The notes below the pieces were generated by a model. That model did no database searches and was not told the DNA's origin. It saw only the letters and a list, made by a program, of their open reading frames with translations. DNA of 46,407 bases from a virus. The position numbers were made by a program, and so were the translations under genes. The stretch is taken from the IMG/VR virus record IMGVR_UViG_3300014572_000008. One strand, 5' to 3'. Position 1 is the first letter of the stretch; the number at the start of each line of letters is the position of its first letter. Of this stretch, positions 1 to 6,412 are shown piece by piece.

Positions 1-87
1 CTAAGTTTTTCTTGACAACTTAGTGAATTGTGTTATTATGAAAGTACCACCTATCATTATTAAACAATCCGATAAGCTGTCCGGGGC
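1..87. repeat. Exact terminal direct repeat, copy 1
   Basis: Bases 1-87 read identically to 46321-46407 by direct comparison. Confidence 0.95.
12..39 (+). promoter_or_regulatory. Sigma-70-type promoter for the rightward lysogeny-side transcript
   Basis: TTGACA (12-17), 16-nt spacer, TGt-TATTAT extended -10 (31-39); same element present again at 46332-46359. Confidence 0.6.
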
Positions 88-125
88 GGTGTTCTTTTCA
101 CGCCTCATAAGCCGAGGCATGAATC

Positions 126-347
126 ATGTGCAAGTCGTTCAGAGAAAGAATCAGGTTGTTTCTCAATCGGAATAAGCGCTACAAGTCCATAGAAGAAAAC
201 GGTCTAAATGTGCTTGTCGAAACCGAAGGCTCGAAAGCACGCACGGAGAAAAGGCGGTTTCTTATCAACATGTTTTTCACCGTCGTATCTGCCGTCGCCG
301 CAGTCGCTGCCGCGATATTTGCCGCCCTTACTTACATCAACTCGTAA
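126..347 (+). CDS. Small C-terminally membrane-anchored protein (hypothetical)
   Basis: ATG with GAGG about 9 nt upstream; hydrophobic tail FFTVVSAVAAVAAAIFAALTYI; first ORF after the 12-39 promoter; competes with antisense ORF 204-449. Confidence 0.45.
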   Translation: MCKSFRERIRLFLNRNKRYKSIEENGLNVLVETEGSKARTEKRRFLINMFFTVVSAVAAVAAAIFAALTYINS

Positions 348-493
348 CGGAAGGCAATGACCGCACGCGCAATGGAACGTACCGAACTGGTCATATCCGC
401 AGTCTGAACCAACAATCTGAAATCCCCATATATACTTGTCTTTCTTCACGCCATCACCTCACTTGTAAGTTCCGCCCTAACGAAACCTAGTAT

Positions 494-514
494 ACACTAA
501 GTTGCTCCTAGTGT
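494..514. promoter_or_regulatory. Operator-like imperfect inverted repeat upstream of the XRE gene
   Basis: ACACTA(494-499)...TAGTGT(509-514); contains CACTAAGTT (495-503), the exact reverse complement of AACTTAGTG at 17-25. Confidence 0.4.
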
Positions 515-570
515 CAATAAAAACTTTGTAATTGCTAGGTGTAAAGTTATACAAAAAGGAGTGTTGCTTT

Positions 571-945
571 GTGGTTAAATCGCCCATAGTCGCACGAATC
601 AACGCCCTGCTTGCTGCAAAAGGTATACCGAAACAGCAGTTTTATAAGGATTGCAGTATTACGTCTGCATCGTACTCTCTATGGAACACAGGGAAAACAA
701 ACCCTTCTATGAAAAATCTTAAAATTATCGCAGAATATCTCGGTGTATCAGTGGCAGACCTGCTGCCGGACGAGGAACTCGTTCCGCAGGAGGGCATAAA
801 AAAAGACCCCATCCCGAAGGATGAGGCCGAAGATAGCGAAACCGCAGAACTCCGTGACATTTGGAGTTCTGCGGATGAAAATGAGCGCCGTGATTTGCTC
901 AAAATGGCGCGTATGCTAAAGAGCCGGAGAAAGCAGAATGGATGA
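571..945 (+). CDS. XRE-family HTH repressor (CI-like candidate)
   Basis: HTH segment QQFYKDCSITSASYSLWNTGKTNPSMKNLKIIAEYLGVSVADLL; GTG 571 preceded by AGGAG (557-561); track ORF starts at in-frame TTG 532; faces the Cro-like gene across the circular junction. Confidence 0.8.
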   Translation: MVKSPIVARINALLAAKGIPKQQFYKDCSITSASYSLWNTGKTNPSMKNLKIIAEYLGVSVADLLPDEELVPQEGIKKDPIPKDEAEDSETAELRDIWSSADENERRDLLKMARMLKSRRKQNG

Positions 946-1327
946 TGCAAGCGACCTTCCGTTTTCGGAAATCGAGTTGAGCAAAGATGAAAGAAAAATG
1001 CTTAAAGCGTTGGCAGATAGCAGAATATTTGCGACGGATGATATTTTCCAGACCGCAAATAGGCTGAAACATTTTGGACTTGCAAATCTGCACCCAATCC
1101 CCAGCAAAGATGGTGTCCCTGTGTTATCGTTTGGCGCGTCCTGCGCAATTGAAATAGAAGAACGCGGGAAGGACTACTTGGCGTATATTGATCAGCGGAA
1201 GAAGTCCACAAAGGCTAGTCGAATCCATGATTTAGTGATTGCAGTAATCTCATTCCTGCTCGGGATGCTTACGTCTGAACATTTCTGGAATTTCCTGAAC
1301 AAATGTCTGTCAGGATCCGAGGGCTAA
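938..1327 (+). CDS. Hypothetical protein with C-terminal TM helix, translationally coupled to the XRE gene
   Basis: 129 aa; ATG overlaps XRE stop (ATGGATGA); helix LVIAVISFLLGMLT near C-terminus; no recognisable domain. Confidence 0.6.
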   Translation: MDDASDLPFSEIELSKDERKMLKALADSRIFATDDIFQTANRLKHFGLANLHPIPSKDGVPVLSFGASCAIEIEERGKDYLAYIDQRKKSTKASRIHDLVIAVISFLLGMLTSEHFWNFLNKCLSGSEG

Positions 1328-1514
1328 AGTCGCTGCAAACTGCTTTAAGCTTTTTTTCGCAGACAAGCACGATGTCGCCGCCTGGGCTGGCCGCGCCGAT
1401 CGCGTGTTCGCACATCCGGCACGCTTCTCCGCACTCATCTTTTGTAGAAATTTCAGTCCTGATTCTGCACAACTGCAGCATAATATTATCGTACTTTTCC
1501 TTGCTCAGAAACAT
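1269..1514 (-). CDS. Small Cys-rich hypothetical protein
   Basis: 81 aa; ATG 1514 preceded by GGAG; several Cys (CGEACRMCEH, VLVCEKK, AVCSD); 5' end overlaps the 54-aa ORF upstream, 3' end converges into 938-1327. Confidence 0.4.
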   Translation of the reverse strand: MFLSKEKYDNIMLQLCRIRTEISTKDECGEACRMCEHAIGAASPGGDIVLVCEKKLKAVCSDFSPRILTDICSGNSRNVQT

Positions 1515-1650
1515 TGTTTCGCTCCTTCCACATTCTAATTAGTTCTAGTTTTTCCTCTGATGTAAGTTCCATTAAATACTGAAAGCCAATATCAGCGGGC
1601 GCAATTTCTTCACCCTTATTATAGCACAGATCACCCTGAACACAAGTCAT
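1486..1650 (-). CDS. Small hypothetical protein (54 aa, below ORF-track cutoff)
   Basis: Hand translation MTCVQGDLCYNKGEEIAPADIGFQYLMELTSEEKLELIRMWKERNNVSEQGKVR; GAAGGAGG RBS about 8 nt before ATG 1650; stop TAA 1486-1488. Confidence 0.45.
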   Translation of the reverse strand: MTCVQGDLCYNKGEEIAPADIGFQYLMELTSEEKLELIRMWKERNNVSEQGKVR

Positions 1651-1777
1651 TTTTGCGTCCTCCTTCTCTAATCTTCCAAATTCCGACGTTTATTTTTGTG
1701 CAGCTTCTATGTTGCGGTGGCTGGTTCTAAGTGGTAATATGTAATTGTTTACAAACCATATAAGGAGTGCCGCATTG

Positions 1778-2623
1778 ATGACTAAAAATGAATATATTGT
1801 GCAGTGCCCAAGATGCGGGGCAGAGTTCCCGGAACGGGAGAAGTTCTGCCCGCACTGTGACACGCCGAACCGGAAGATGATCTGCCGCTCTTGCGGAACG
1901 CAAATCAATGCAAGTGCCCGCGTCTGTCCGGAATGCGGCGCAAGAAACAAAAAGATGATTTCGGTTCAAAAAATCGCGATTCTTTCTGTTCCGTTCGCTG
2001 CCGTTGTGCTGGCAGTTGTCCTTATCGCATCAAAGCCCGCGAAGAAGCCAGCCGAGCCGATCAAGAGGCAGGAGCCGGATACAATCTCCGCATCGGAGTC
2101 GGCAAAGACGGAAGACGACGCACAGACCGAGGAAACGGCAACCACACCGATAACGGCTGAAAAAACATGGGGCAATAAGGTCAAGCTCACGATCCCAGCC
2201 GACTTTATCGGCGAAGATGCGACGCAGCAGGCATTGGACGAAAAGGTAAAGGAAACAGACGGGCTTCTGTCTATAGAGCTGAATCCTGACGGCTCCGCGA
2301 CCTACGTTATGACGGCGGCACGGCACAAAGAGCTTATGCAGGAGCTGGCGCAGAACATTGACGCCCAGCTTGCGGACATGGCCGGTTCCTCTGACTACCC
2401 AAACGTCATTTCCGCCGAAGCGTCCAGCGATTACACGTCCTTTACTGTAACGCTTTCTACTGATGTGGTTGGGCTTCAGGACTCACTCCTTACACTGGCA
2501 TTTTATATGTACGGCGGTATGTACAACGCATTCAACGGAACTCCGGCCGACAACGTGCGTGTGCAGTTTGTAGACCAGGCCGGAAATGTGCTGGAGGAAG
2601 CGAACTCGAGGGACGCACAATAA
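1778..2623 (+). CDS. Double zinc-ribbon membrane protein with large extracytoplasmic domain
   Basis: CPRCG..CPHC and CRSCG..CPECG ribbons, TM helix IAILSVPFAAVVLAVVLIA, about 190 aa beyond the helix; AAGGAG before ATG 1778 (track ORF begins at TTG 1745). Confidence 0.7.
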   Translation: MTKNEYIVQCPRCGAEFPEREKFCPHCDTPNRKMICRSCGTQINASARVCPECGARNKKMISVQKIAILSVPFAAVVLAVVLIASKPAKKPAEPIKRQEPDTISASESAKTEDDAQTEETATTPITAEKTWGNKVKLTIPADFIGEDATQQALDEKVKETDGLLSIELNPDGSATYVMTAARHKELMQELAQNIDAQLADMAGSSDYPNVISAEASSDYTSFTVTLSTDVVGLQDSLLTLAFYMYGGMYNAFNGTPADNVRVQFVDQAGNVLEEANSRDAQ

Positions 2624-2625
2624 AT

Positions 2626-2808
2626 TCAGTGCAGGATTCTCGGTTCCCGCCGATCGTCCTGTTCCCGGCCTACGTCCGCGACGCAGGAAAACAGGAGCGG
2701 AATGCCCCTGATGTAGTCCACGCTGACGCTATGCACGTCTGTCAGCTTCGCACCGTCGACCGTCACGTCGACCCGCCCATTGTTTACCCGGATATTGATG
2801 CACTCCAT
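2626..2808 (-). CDS. Small hypothetical protein (60 aa)
   Basis: MECINIRVNNGRVDVTVDGAKL...; GGAGG 7 nt before ATG 2808; has its own near-consensus promoter; converges on 1778-2623. Confidence 0.55.
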   Translation of the reverse strand: MECINIRVNNGRVDVTVDGAKLTDVHSVSVDYIRGIPLLFSCVADVGREQDDRREPRILH

Positions 2809-2828
2809 ATTTTTTCCTCCTGACATTT

Positions 2829-2856
2829 ATTATAGAACGATTGTTCTAAAAATCAA
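2829..2856 (-). promoter_or_regulatory. Near-consensus promoter with palindromic operator in the spacer
   Basis: Minus strand TTGATT (2856-2851), 16-nt spacer, TATAAT (2834-2829); perfect palindrome TAGAAC-gatt-GTTCTA at 2833-2848. Confidence 0.65.
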
Positions 2857-2936
2857 CATGGCATTATAAACAAACAGACCGCGTTATTTTTGGGAATCAG
2901 GAACCAGATGGTGTACAGGTTATGGGACTGATGATT

Positions 2937-2945
2937 TGATATAAT
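2937..2945 (+). promoter_or_regulatory. Extended -10 promoter candidate (TGaTATAAT)
   Basis: TG at 2937-2938 and TATAAT at 2940-2945; -35 region weak; points toward the 3153 gene. Confidence 0.35.
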
Positions 2946-2958
2946 ATTTGGTTTGACC

Positions 2959-2991
2959 GGCCCCATCGTATCTGGAACATACGGTGGGGCC
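2959..2991 (+). promoter_or_regulatory. Strong leader hairpin
   Basis: GGCCCCATCGTAT / ATACGGTGGGGCC arms (13 bp, one mismatch), 7-nt loop; no T-run after it. Confidence 0.4.
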
Positions 2992-3152
2992 ATTTCAGCA
3001 GATGCCGAATTCAGGAACTATCTGCTACGTTTTCATTGTACCAGATAATGTTTGTAAGAAAAGGGCGAATCCTGCGTTCTTGTCACATGTTTTGCATTTT
3101 TATATGGAAAATGTAAGAAATAAAACTGAAACTTACGAATGGAGGCGTAATC

Positions 3153-3728
3153 ATGTCCGCAATACAGGATCTCGCTCCGTTTATCGGCGCGTATCAGGGG
3201 AAGATCAGAAGGGCAAAAGATGCAAGCGGGATGACGTTGGAGGAGCTGTCGAACGAGTCCGGCGTTTCCTTCTCTGCCGTGAGCCGATTATACGCTGGAA
3301 CACAAGCGGATCCACGGCTTTACAACTCGGCTGCGCTATGCAAAACGCTCGGGTTGTCGCTCGACGAGCTGTTCGGCCTTGAAAATCGCGTCGGAAGCCC
3401 GGAAAAGCTGACCAAGCAGATCCATCACGTCGAGCTTGAAAACGCCAAGCTGGAGGCAGCAACAGCCCTACAGAGCGCGCAGATAAGGTCTACACATACA
3501 ATGTGTTACATTCTCGCCCTATTTTGTTTGCTGCTCTCCTTTACCCTGATTGCCTGCCTTGTAACGGATGCGCAGATTCGGAACGCAGGCCTCATTCGCG
3601 ATGGAGATTTGACCGTAACCGCATGGGCGTGTATCGCCCTGATCGTAGGTTCAGTTCTGGCTTCTGCAATTACTTTCTACGCGATCCGAAAAGAACGTGG
3701 AGGGAAACATGGAGTGCATCAAGTGTAA
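3153..3728 (+). CDS. Membrane-tethered XRE-family HTH protein
   Basis: HTH MTLEELSNESGVSFSAVSRLYAGTQ; coiled segment; two C-terminal TM helices (MCYILALFCLLLSFTLIACLV, AWACIALIVGSVLASAITFYAI); GGAGG 7 nt before ATG; overlaps integrase start. Confidence 0.75.
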   Translation: MSAIQDLAPFIGAYQGKIRRAKDASGMTLEELSNESGVSFSAVSRLYAGTQADPRLYNSAALCKTLGLSLDELFGLENRVGSPEKLTKQIHHVELENAKLEAATALQSAQIRSTHTMCYILALFCLLLSFTLIACLVTDAQIRNAGLIRDGDLTVTAWACIALIVGSVLASAITFYAIRKERGGKHGVHQV

Positions 3729-4812
3729 AAAAGAAATTCCAGACGGCGCGCCCTACTGTTGCTGGTGCGGGAAAAAACAGGAAGCGCGGCGAAACCGGAC
3801 ACGCGGGAACGGGCAAGGAAGCGCTTACCAGCGAGGGAAGACGTGGACGGCGCGTTGGACAGAAAGAACTTACCTAGACGAGAACGACAAGCTTCGGCAA
3901 AAGATGCGAACAAAAGGCGGGTTTACATCAAAGCGCGCCGCCCTCCAATATGCAGCAAACCCTCCGAAGGAAGAGCAGCGAATCCCCACTCTCAGAGAAT
4001 ACTACAAAACATATCTGCGTGGGGATTATCTGTCCTTATCGGCTGATCGTCAGGGAGCGGCGGAAAAGGCTTTCGAGCGCATGAGAGAAATCGCCGACCG
4101 TGAGATAGACGCGCTTACCATCGCGCAGATACAGGATGTTATCGACCGCAACGCCAGCACCTATTACACACGGAAAGATATGAAAACCGTCCTTTCCCAC
4201 TGTTATAACCTCGCAATCGCAGAAAAGCAGACAACCGTGAATCTTGCAAAGTACATAAAGCTTCCGGAATTGGAAGAGAAGTCGCCGGAGCCGTTTACCG
4301 ACGCCGACGTAAAAAAGCTATGGGAAGCGTATGCAAAAGACCACTTCGTTGGGTTTATTTTAACGATGATTTATACCGGCATGATGCCCGGTGAGCTTCT
4401 GAAACTCAAGAAAGATATGATTGACTTTGAAAAGAATGAGATCGTCCGAGGCGGCATAAAGACAAAGAAGCGGAAGGAAACGCCTATGGTCTTCCCGGAT
4501 TTCGTTGCGCCGGTGCTGCATGAACTATGCGAAGAAAGCAAATCGCGCGTCGGAAATATCTGCTGCATAAACAAAGATAATTTTTACAAGAGATATTATG
4601 AGTGTTTGGAGCTTGCCGGAGTGCAAAAGCTACCACCTTACTCATGCCGCCATACAACCGCTACAGCCCTCGCGATGAAAAACATCGACCCGTTTACGAT
4701 CAAGGAAATCATGCGCCACACGAAGATAACGACTACCCAACGGTACGTACACCCGGACATGAAAGGCATGGTCGATGCCGTAAATCAGTTGCAAAACGAC
4801 TCGACAGAGTGA
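3709..4812 (+). CDS. int: Tyrosine recombinase / phage integrase with N-terminal zinc ribbon
   Basis: MECIKCKKEIPDGAPYCCWCG ribbon; C-terminal catalytic region ...CRHTTATALAMKNIDPFTIKEIMRHTKITTTQRYVH (H-x-x-R ... Y); next to attP; track ORF starts at GTG 3697. Confidence 0.9.
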   Translation: MECIKCKKEIPDGAPYCCWCGKKQEARRNRTRGNGQGSAYQRGKTWTARWTERTYLDENDKLRQKMRTKGGFTSKRAALQYAANPPKEEQRIPTLREYYKTYLRGDYLSLSADRQGAAEKAFERMREIADREIDALTIAQIQDVIDRNASTYYTRKDMKTVLSHCYNLAIAEKQTTVNLAKYIKLPELEEKSPEPFTDADVKKLWEAYAKDHFVGFILTMIYTGMMPGELLKLKKDMIDFEKNEIVRGGIKTKKRKETPMVFPDFVAPVLHELCEESKSRVGNICCINKDNFYKRYYECLELAGVQKLPPYSCRHTTATALAMKNIDPFTIKEIMRHTKITTTQRYVHPDMKGMVDAVNQLQNDSTE

Positions 4813-4818
4813 ATTATG

Positions 4819-4839
4819 TATGCTACAAAATATGTTACA
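4819..4839 (+). repeat. Arm-type integrase-site candidates, left arm (2 direct copies)
   Basis: TATGCTACA (4819-4827) and TATGTTACA (4831-4839). Confidence 0.55.
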
Positions 4840-4874
4840 AACGCCAATTTCCCCAGTGTTTTCAATGGGTTTTT

Positions 4875-4939
4875 CTCCCCTGCTAAGGGAGTAGGCGTCT
4901 AAAAAGCGCGCGAGAGTTCAAATCTCTCCTTCCGCGCCA
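4875..4939 (+). tRNA. Partial tRNA-Ser(GCT): 3' fragment only (attP core candidate)
   Basis: Anticodon arm CTCCC-CTGCTAA-GGGAG (4875-4891, anticodon GCT 4882-4884), long variable region, T arm GAGAG-TTCAAAT-CTCTC (4912-4928), acceptor 3' strand CTTCCGC-G-CCA (4929-4939); no matching 5' acceptor/D arm upstream. Confidence 0.7.
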
Positions 4940-4984
4940 AAGTACCGATTTTAGCTGTTTTAAAGCTAAAATCGGTACTTTTTT
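4940..4984 (+). terminator. Rho-independent terminator
   Basis: Perfect 16-bp stem AAGTACCGATTTTAGC / GCTAAAATCGGTACTT, 9-nt loop, followed by T-run. Confidence 0.7.
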
Positions 4985-5046
4985 ATGATTTTCACCCTAT
5001 TTTCTGCGTATTTTCAAAAAGCAAAAAATAACGTTATGACACGCTC

Positions 5047-5130
5047 TGTAACATAAAATTATTTCCCGTATGCTACATTGTATGCTACAAATTCAGCGCA
5101 ATGCGAGGGGACTCCCCTATTTTTGCTACA
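5047..5130. repeat. Arm-type integrase-site candidates, right arm
   Basis: TGTAACATA (5047-5055, inverted copy), TATGCTACA (5069-5077), TATGCTACA (5081-5089), TTTGCTACA (5122-5130). Confidence 0.55.
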
Positions 5131-5473
5131 TGGACTTTATTTTCCGAAGCATAGAATCATAGACTTTTCGGTTCACAAGCGATAGTGTGTCCATAAGTTC
5201 ATCAACAACCGCCCAAGCCCTTGCCGGATCTTTCCCGGCTACCGCAAGTAAAAACTCACTGTCCCCGTACTCGCCCACGGTAGCCGGTTCTGCGGTCACA
5301 GGGGCGGGAGCGCCGGAGTAGCAACCCACATACCTACCGCCGTCGCCCCGTTCCTCCTCCTGCATCTTGTCGCGTATCACATAAAGATCTGCCAGTTTGG
5401 CATAATTGGGATAGCTGGATTCCTCATATTCCAGCCGCGCTATCTCCTTGCGGATCTCGGCTTTATCCAGCAT
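5126..5473 (-). CDS. Hypothetical protein (cargo, last gene before attP)
   Basis: 115 aa; AAGGAGG 6 nt before ATG 5473; MLDKAEIRKEIARLEYEESSYPNYAKLADLYV...; no domain recognised. Confidence 0.7.
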   Translation of the reverse strand: MLDKAEIRKEIARLEYEESSYPNYAKLADLYVIRDKMQEEERGDGGRYVGCYSGAPAPVTAEPATVGEYGDSEFLLAVAGKDPARAWAVVDELMDTLSLVNRKVYDSMLRKIKSM

Positions 5474-5484
5474 ATCGCGCCTCC

Positions 5485-5856
5485 TTATGCCCGCTCGATC
5501 TGCTCCATGCAGCGGCGGATCGCTTCGCGGGTCTTATCGTCGTCCGCATCGCGCATCATATCGTCCAGCTGCGCGCGCATATGATCGCGGGCGTCTGTGC
5601 GGCTGTAGCGGCCCATTGCGTCGCGGCGGCGGCCACGGTAAGAGCTGCCCCGTCCATATGTACCGCGCATATCCGCCTCCCACTCGCCATCGCGGGAATA
5701 GCCGCCGTCTTCAGCCATCTCGATCTTGTATGTATTCTTGATGGAGCTCGTCAGCTTCTGGATCGCGTCCAGATCGCCCGCAGACATTTCGCGCTTGTCG
5801 GCGATTTCGTCAAGCTCTTTGCAGAGCATTTCACGCAGGTTTCTCAAATCGTACAT
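5485..5856 (-). CDS. Hypothetical protein with Arg/Gly/Ser/Tyr-rich centre
   Basis: 123 aa from ATG 5856 (AAGGAGG upstream); helical ends flank GGYSRDGEWEADMRGTYGRGSSYRGRRRDAMGRYSR. Confidence 0.7.
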   Translation of the reverse strand: MYDLRNLREMLCKELDEIADKREMSAGDLDAIQKLTSSIKNTYKIEMAEDGGYSRDGEWEADMRGTYGRGSSYRGRRRDAMGRYSRTDARDHMRAQLDDMMRDADDDKTREAIRRCMEQIERA

Positions 5857-5870
5857 ATTGCATCCTCCTT

Positions 5871-6293
5871 TCACGATACGCGCTCGATGATCATATTGCT
5901 ATTTGCGAAATTGATCGCCTGGGCGCTGGTGTTCTTCGCCGCTACAGTCAGGCAGCAGCCGCGCGGGACTTCCACGAATGTGGAAACAAAGATGTTAAAA
6001 TAGTTTTCAACAGCCGCAGGGGTTACGGTCGCTGTGGCGCTGCTCAGAGGTTCGCCGTTGATTGCAAGCGCAGCGGTAATGGCACCTACTGTTCCGCCTG
6101 TAGGGATGGCGATATTCGCGCCAAAGGATACGCGGAACTTCGCCTTGCATTGCTGCGTAAGCCCGCGCAACGTAACAAGCCCGCTTCCTTCTCGATGTAC
6201 GATGCACGGCTTTCCGCAAGCCGCCGTGGAGATAAGCGGGACGTTCTGCCCAGCGGCGACAGTTTGAATCCCGGATGATGTAAATTCAGCCAT
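5871..6293 (-). CDS. BclA C-terminal-domain-like (C1q/TNF-like jelly roll) protein, no collagen region
   Basis: 140 aa; pattern FRVSFGANIAIPTGGTVGAITAALAINGEPL ... NSNMIIERVS resembles BclA-CTD strands (..IQVNGVPV.. / ..IIIEKV at the end); recognised from memory only. Confidence 0.6.
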   Translation of the reverse strand: MAEFTSSGIQTVAAGQNVPLISTAACGKPCIVHREGSGLVTLRGLTQQCKAKFRVSFGANIAIPTGGTVGAITAALAINGEPLSSATATVTPAAVENYFNIFVSTFVEVPRGCCLTVAAKNTSAQAINFANSNMIIERVS

Positions 6294-6310
6294 AAAATCA
6301 TTCCTTTCAT

Positions 6311-6343
6311 AAAAATACAGCGGCAGGGCGATTGCCCCGCCGC
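6311..6343 (-). terminator. Rho-independent terminator after the 6413-7174 gene
   Basis: 10-bp GC-rich stem (6320-6329 / 6334-6343, one G-U on the minus strand) followed on the minus strand by TGTATTTTT. Confidence 0.55.
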
Positions 6344-6412
6344 GTTGTTGTCAGTATCGGCACGGGGCCGACCATTTTCGTGAGGTCACGAAAAAGCTAT
6401 GCTATGCAGTTG

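Noticed and set aside
204-449. 81-aa minus-strand ORF (GTG start with a GAGGTG-like RBS) overlapping 126-347
   Set aside because: Most of it is antisense to the plus-strand ORF, which has a clean C-terminal TM helix and sits right behind the switch promoter. The translation is Gly/Cys/Arg-rich and unstructured-looking. The exclusion is not certain, because its first 34 codons (348-449) do not overlap anything.
2984-3382. 132-aa plus-strand ORF spanning the 2827-3152 intergenic region and the start of the XRE-TM gene
   Set aside because: No RBS. It overlaps the clearly coding 3153-3728 frame, and its upstream part is better explained as promoter and leader with a hairpin.
4848-4939. Possibility of a complete tRNA-Ser gene
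   Set aside because: The acceptor 3' strand CTTCCGC needs GCGGAAG about 85-90 nt upstream. Nothing resembling it or a D arm is present at 4840-4874. Only the anticodon arm onward is there, so this is a fragment (attP core), not a functional tRNA.
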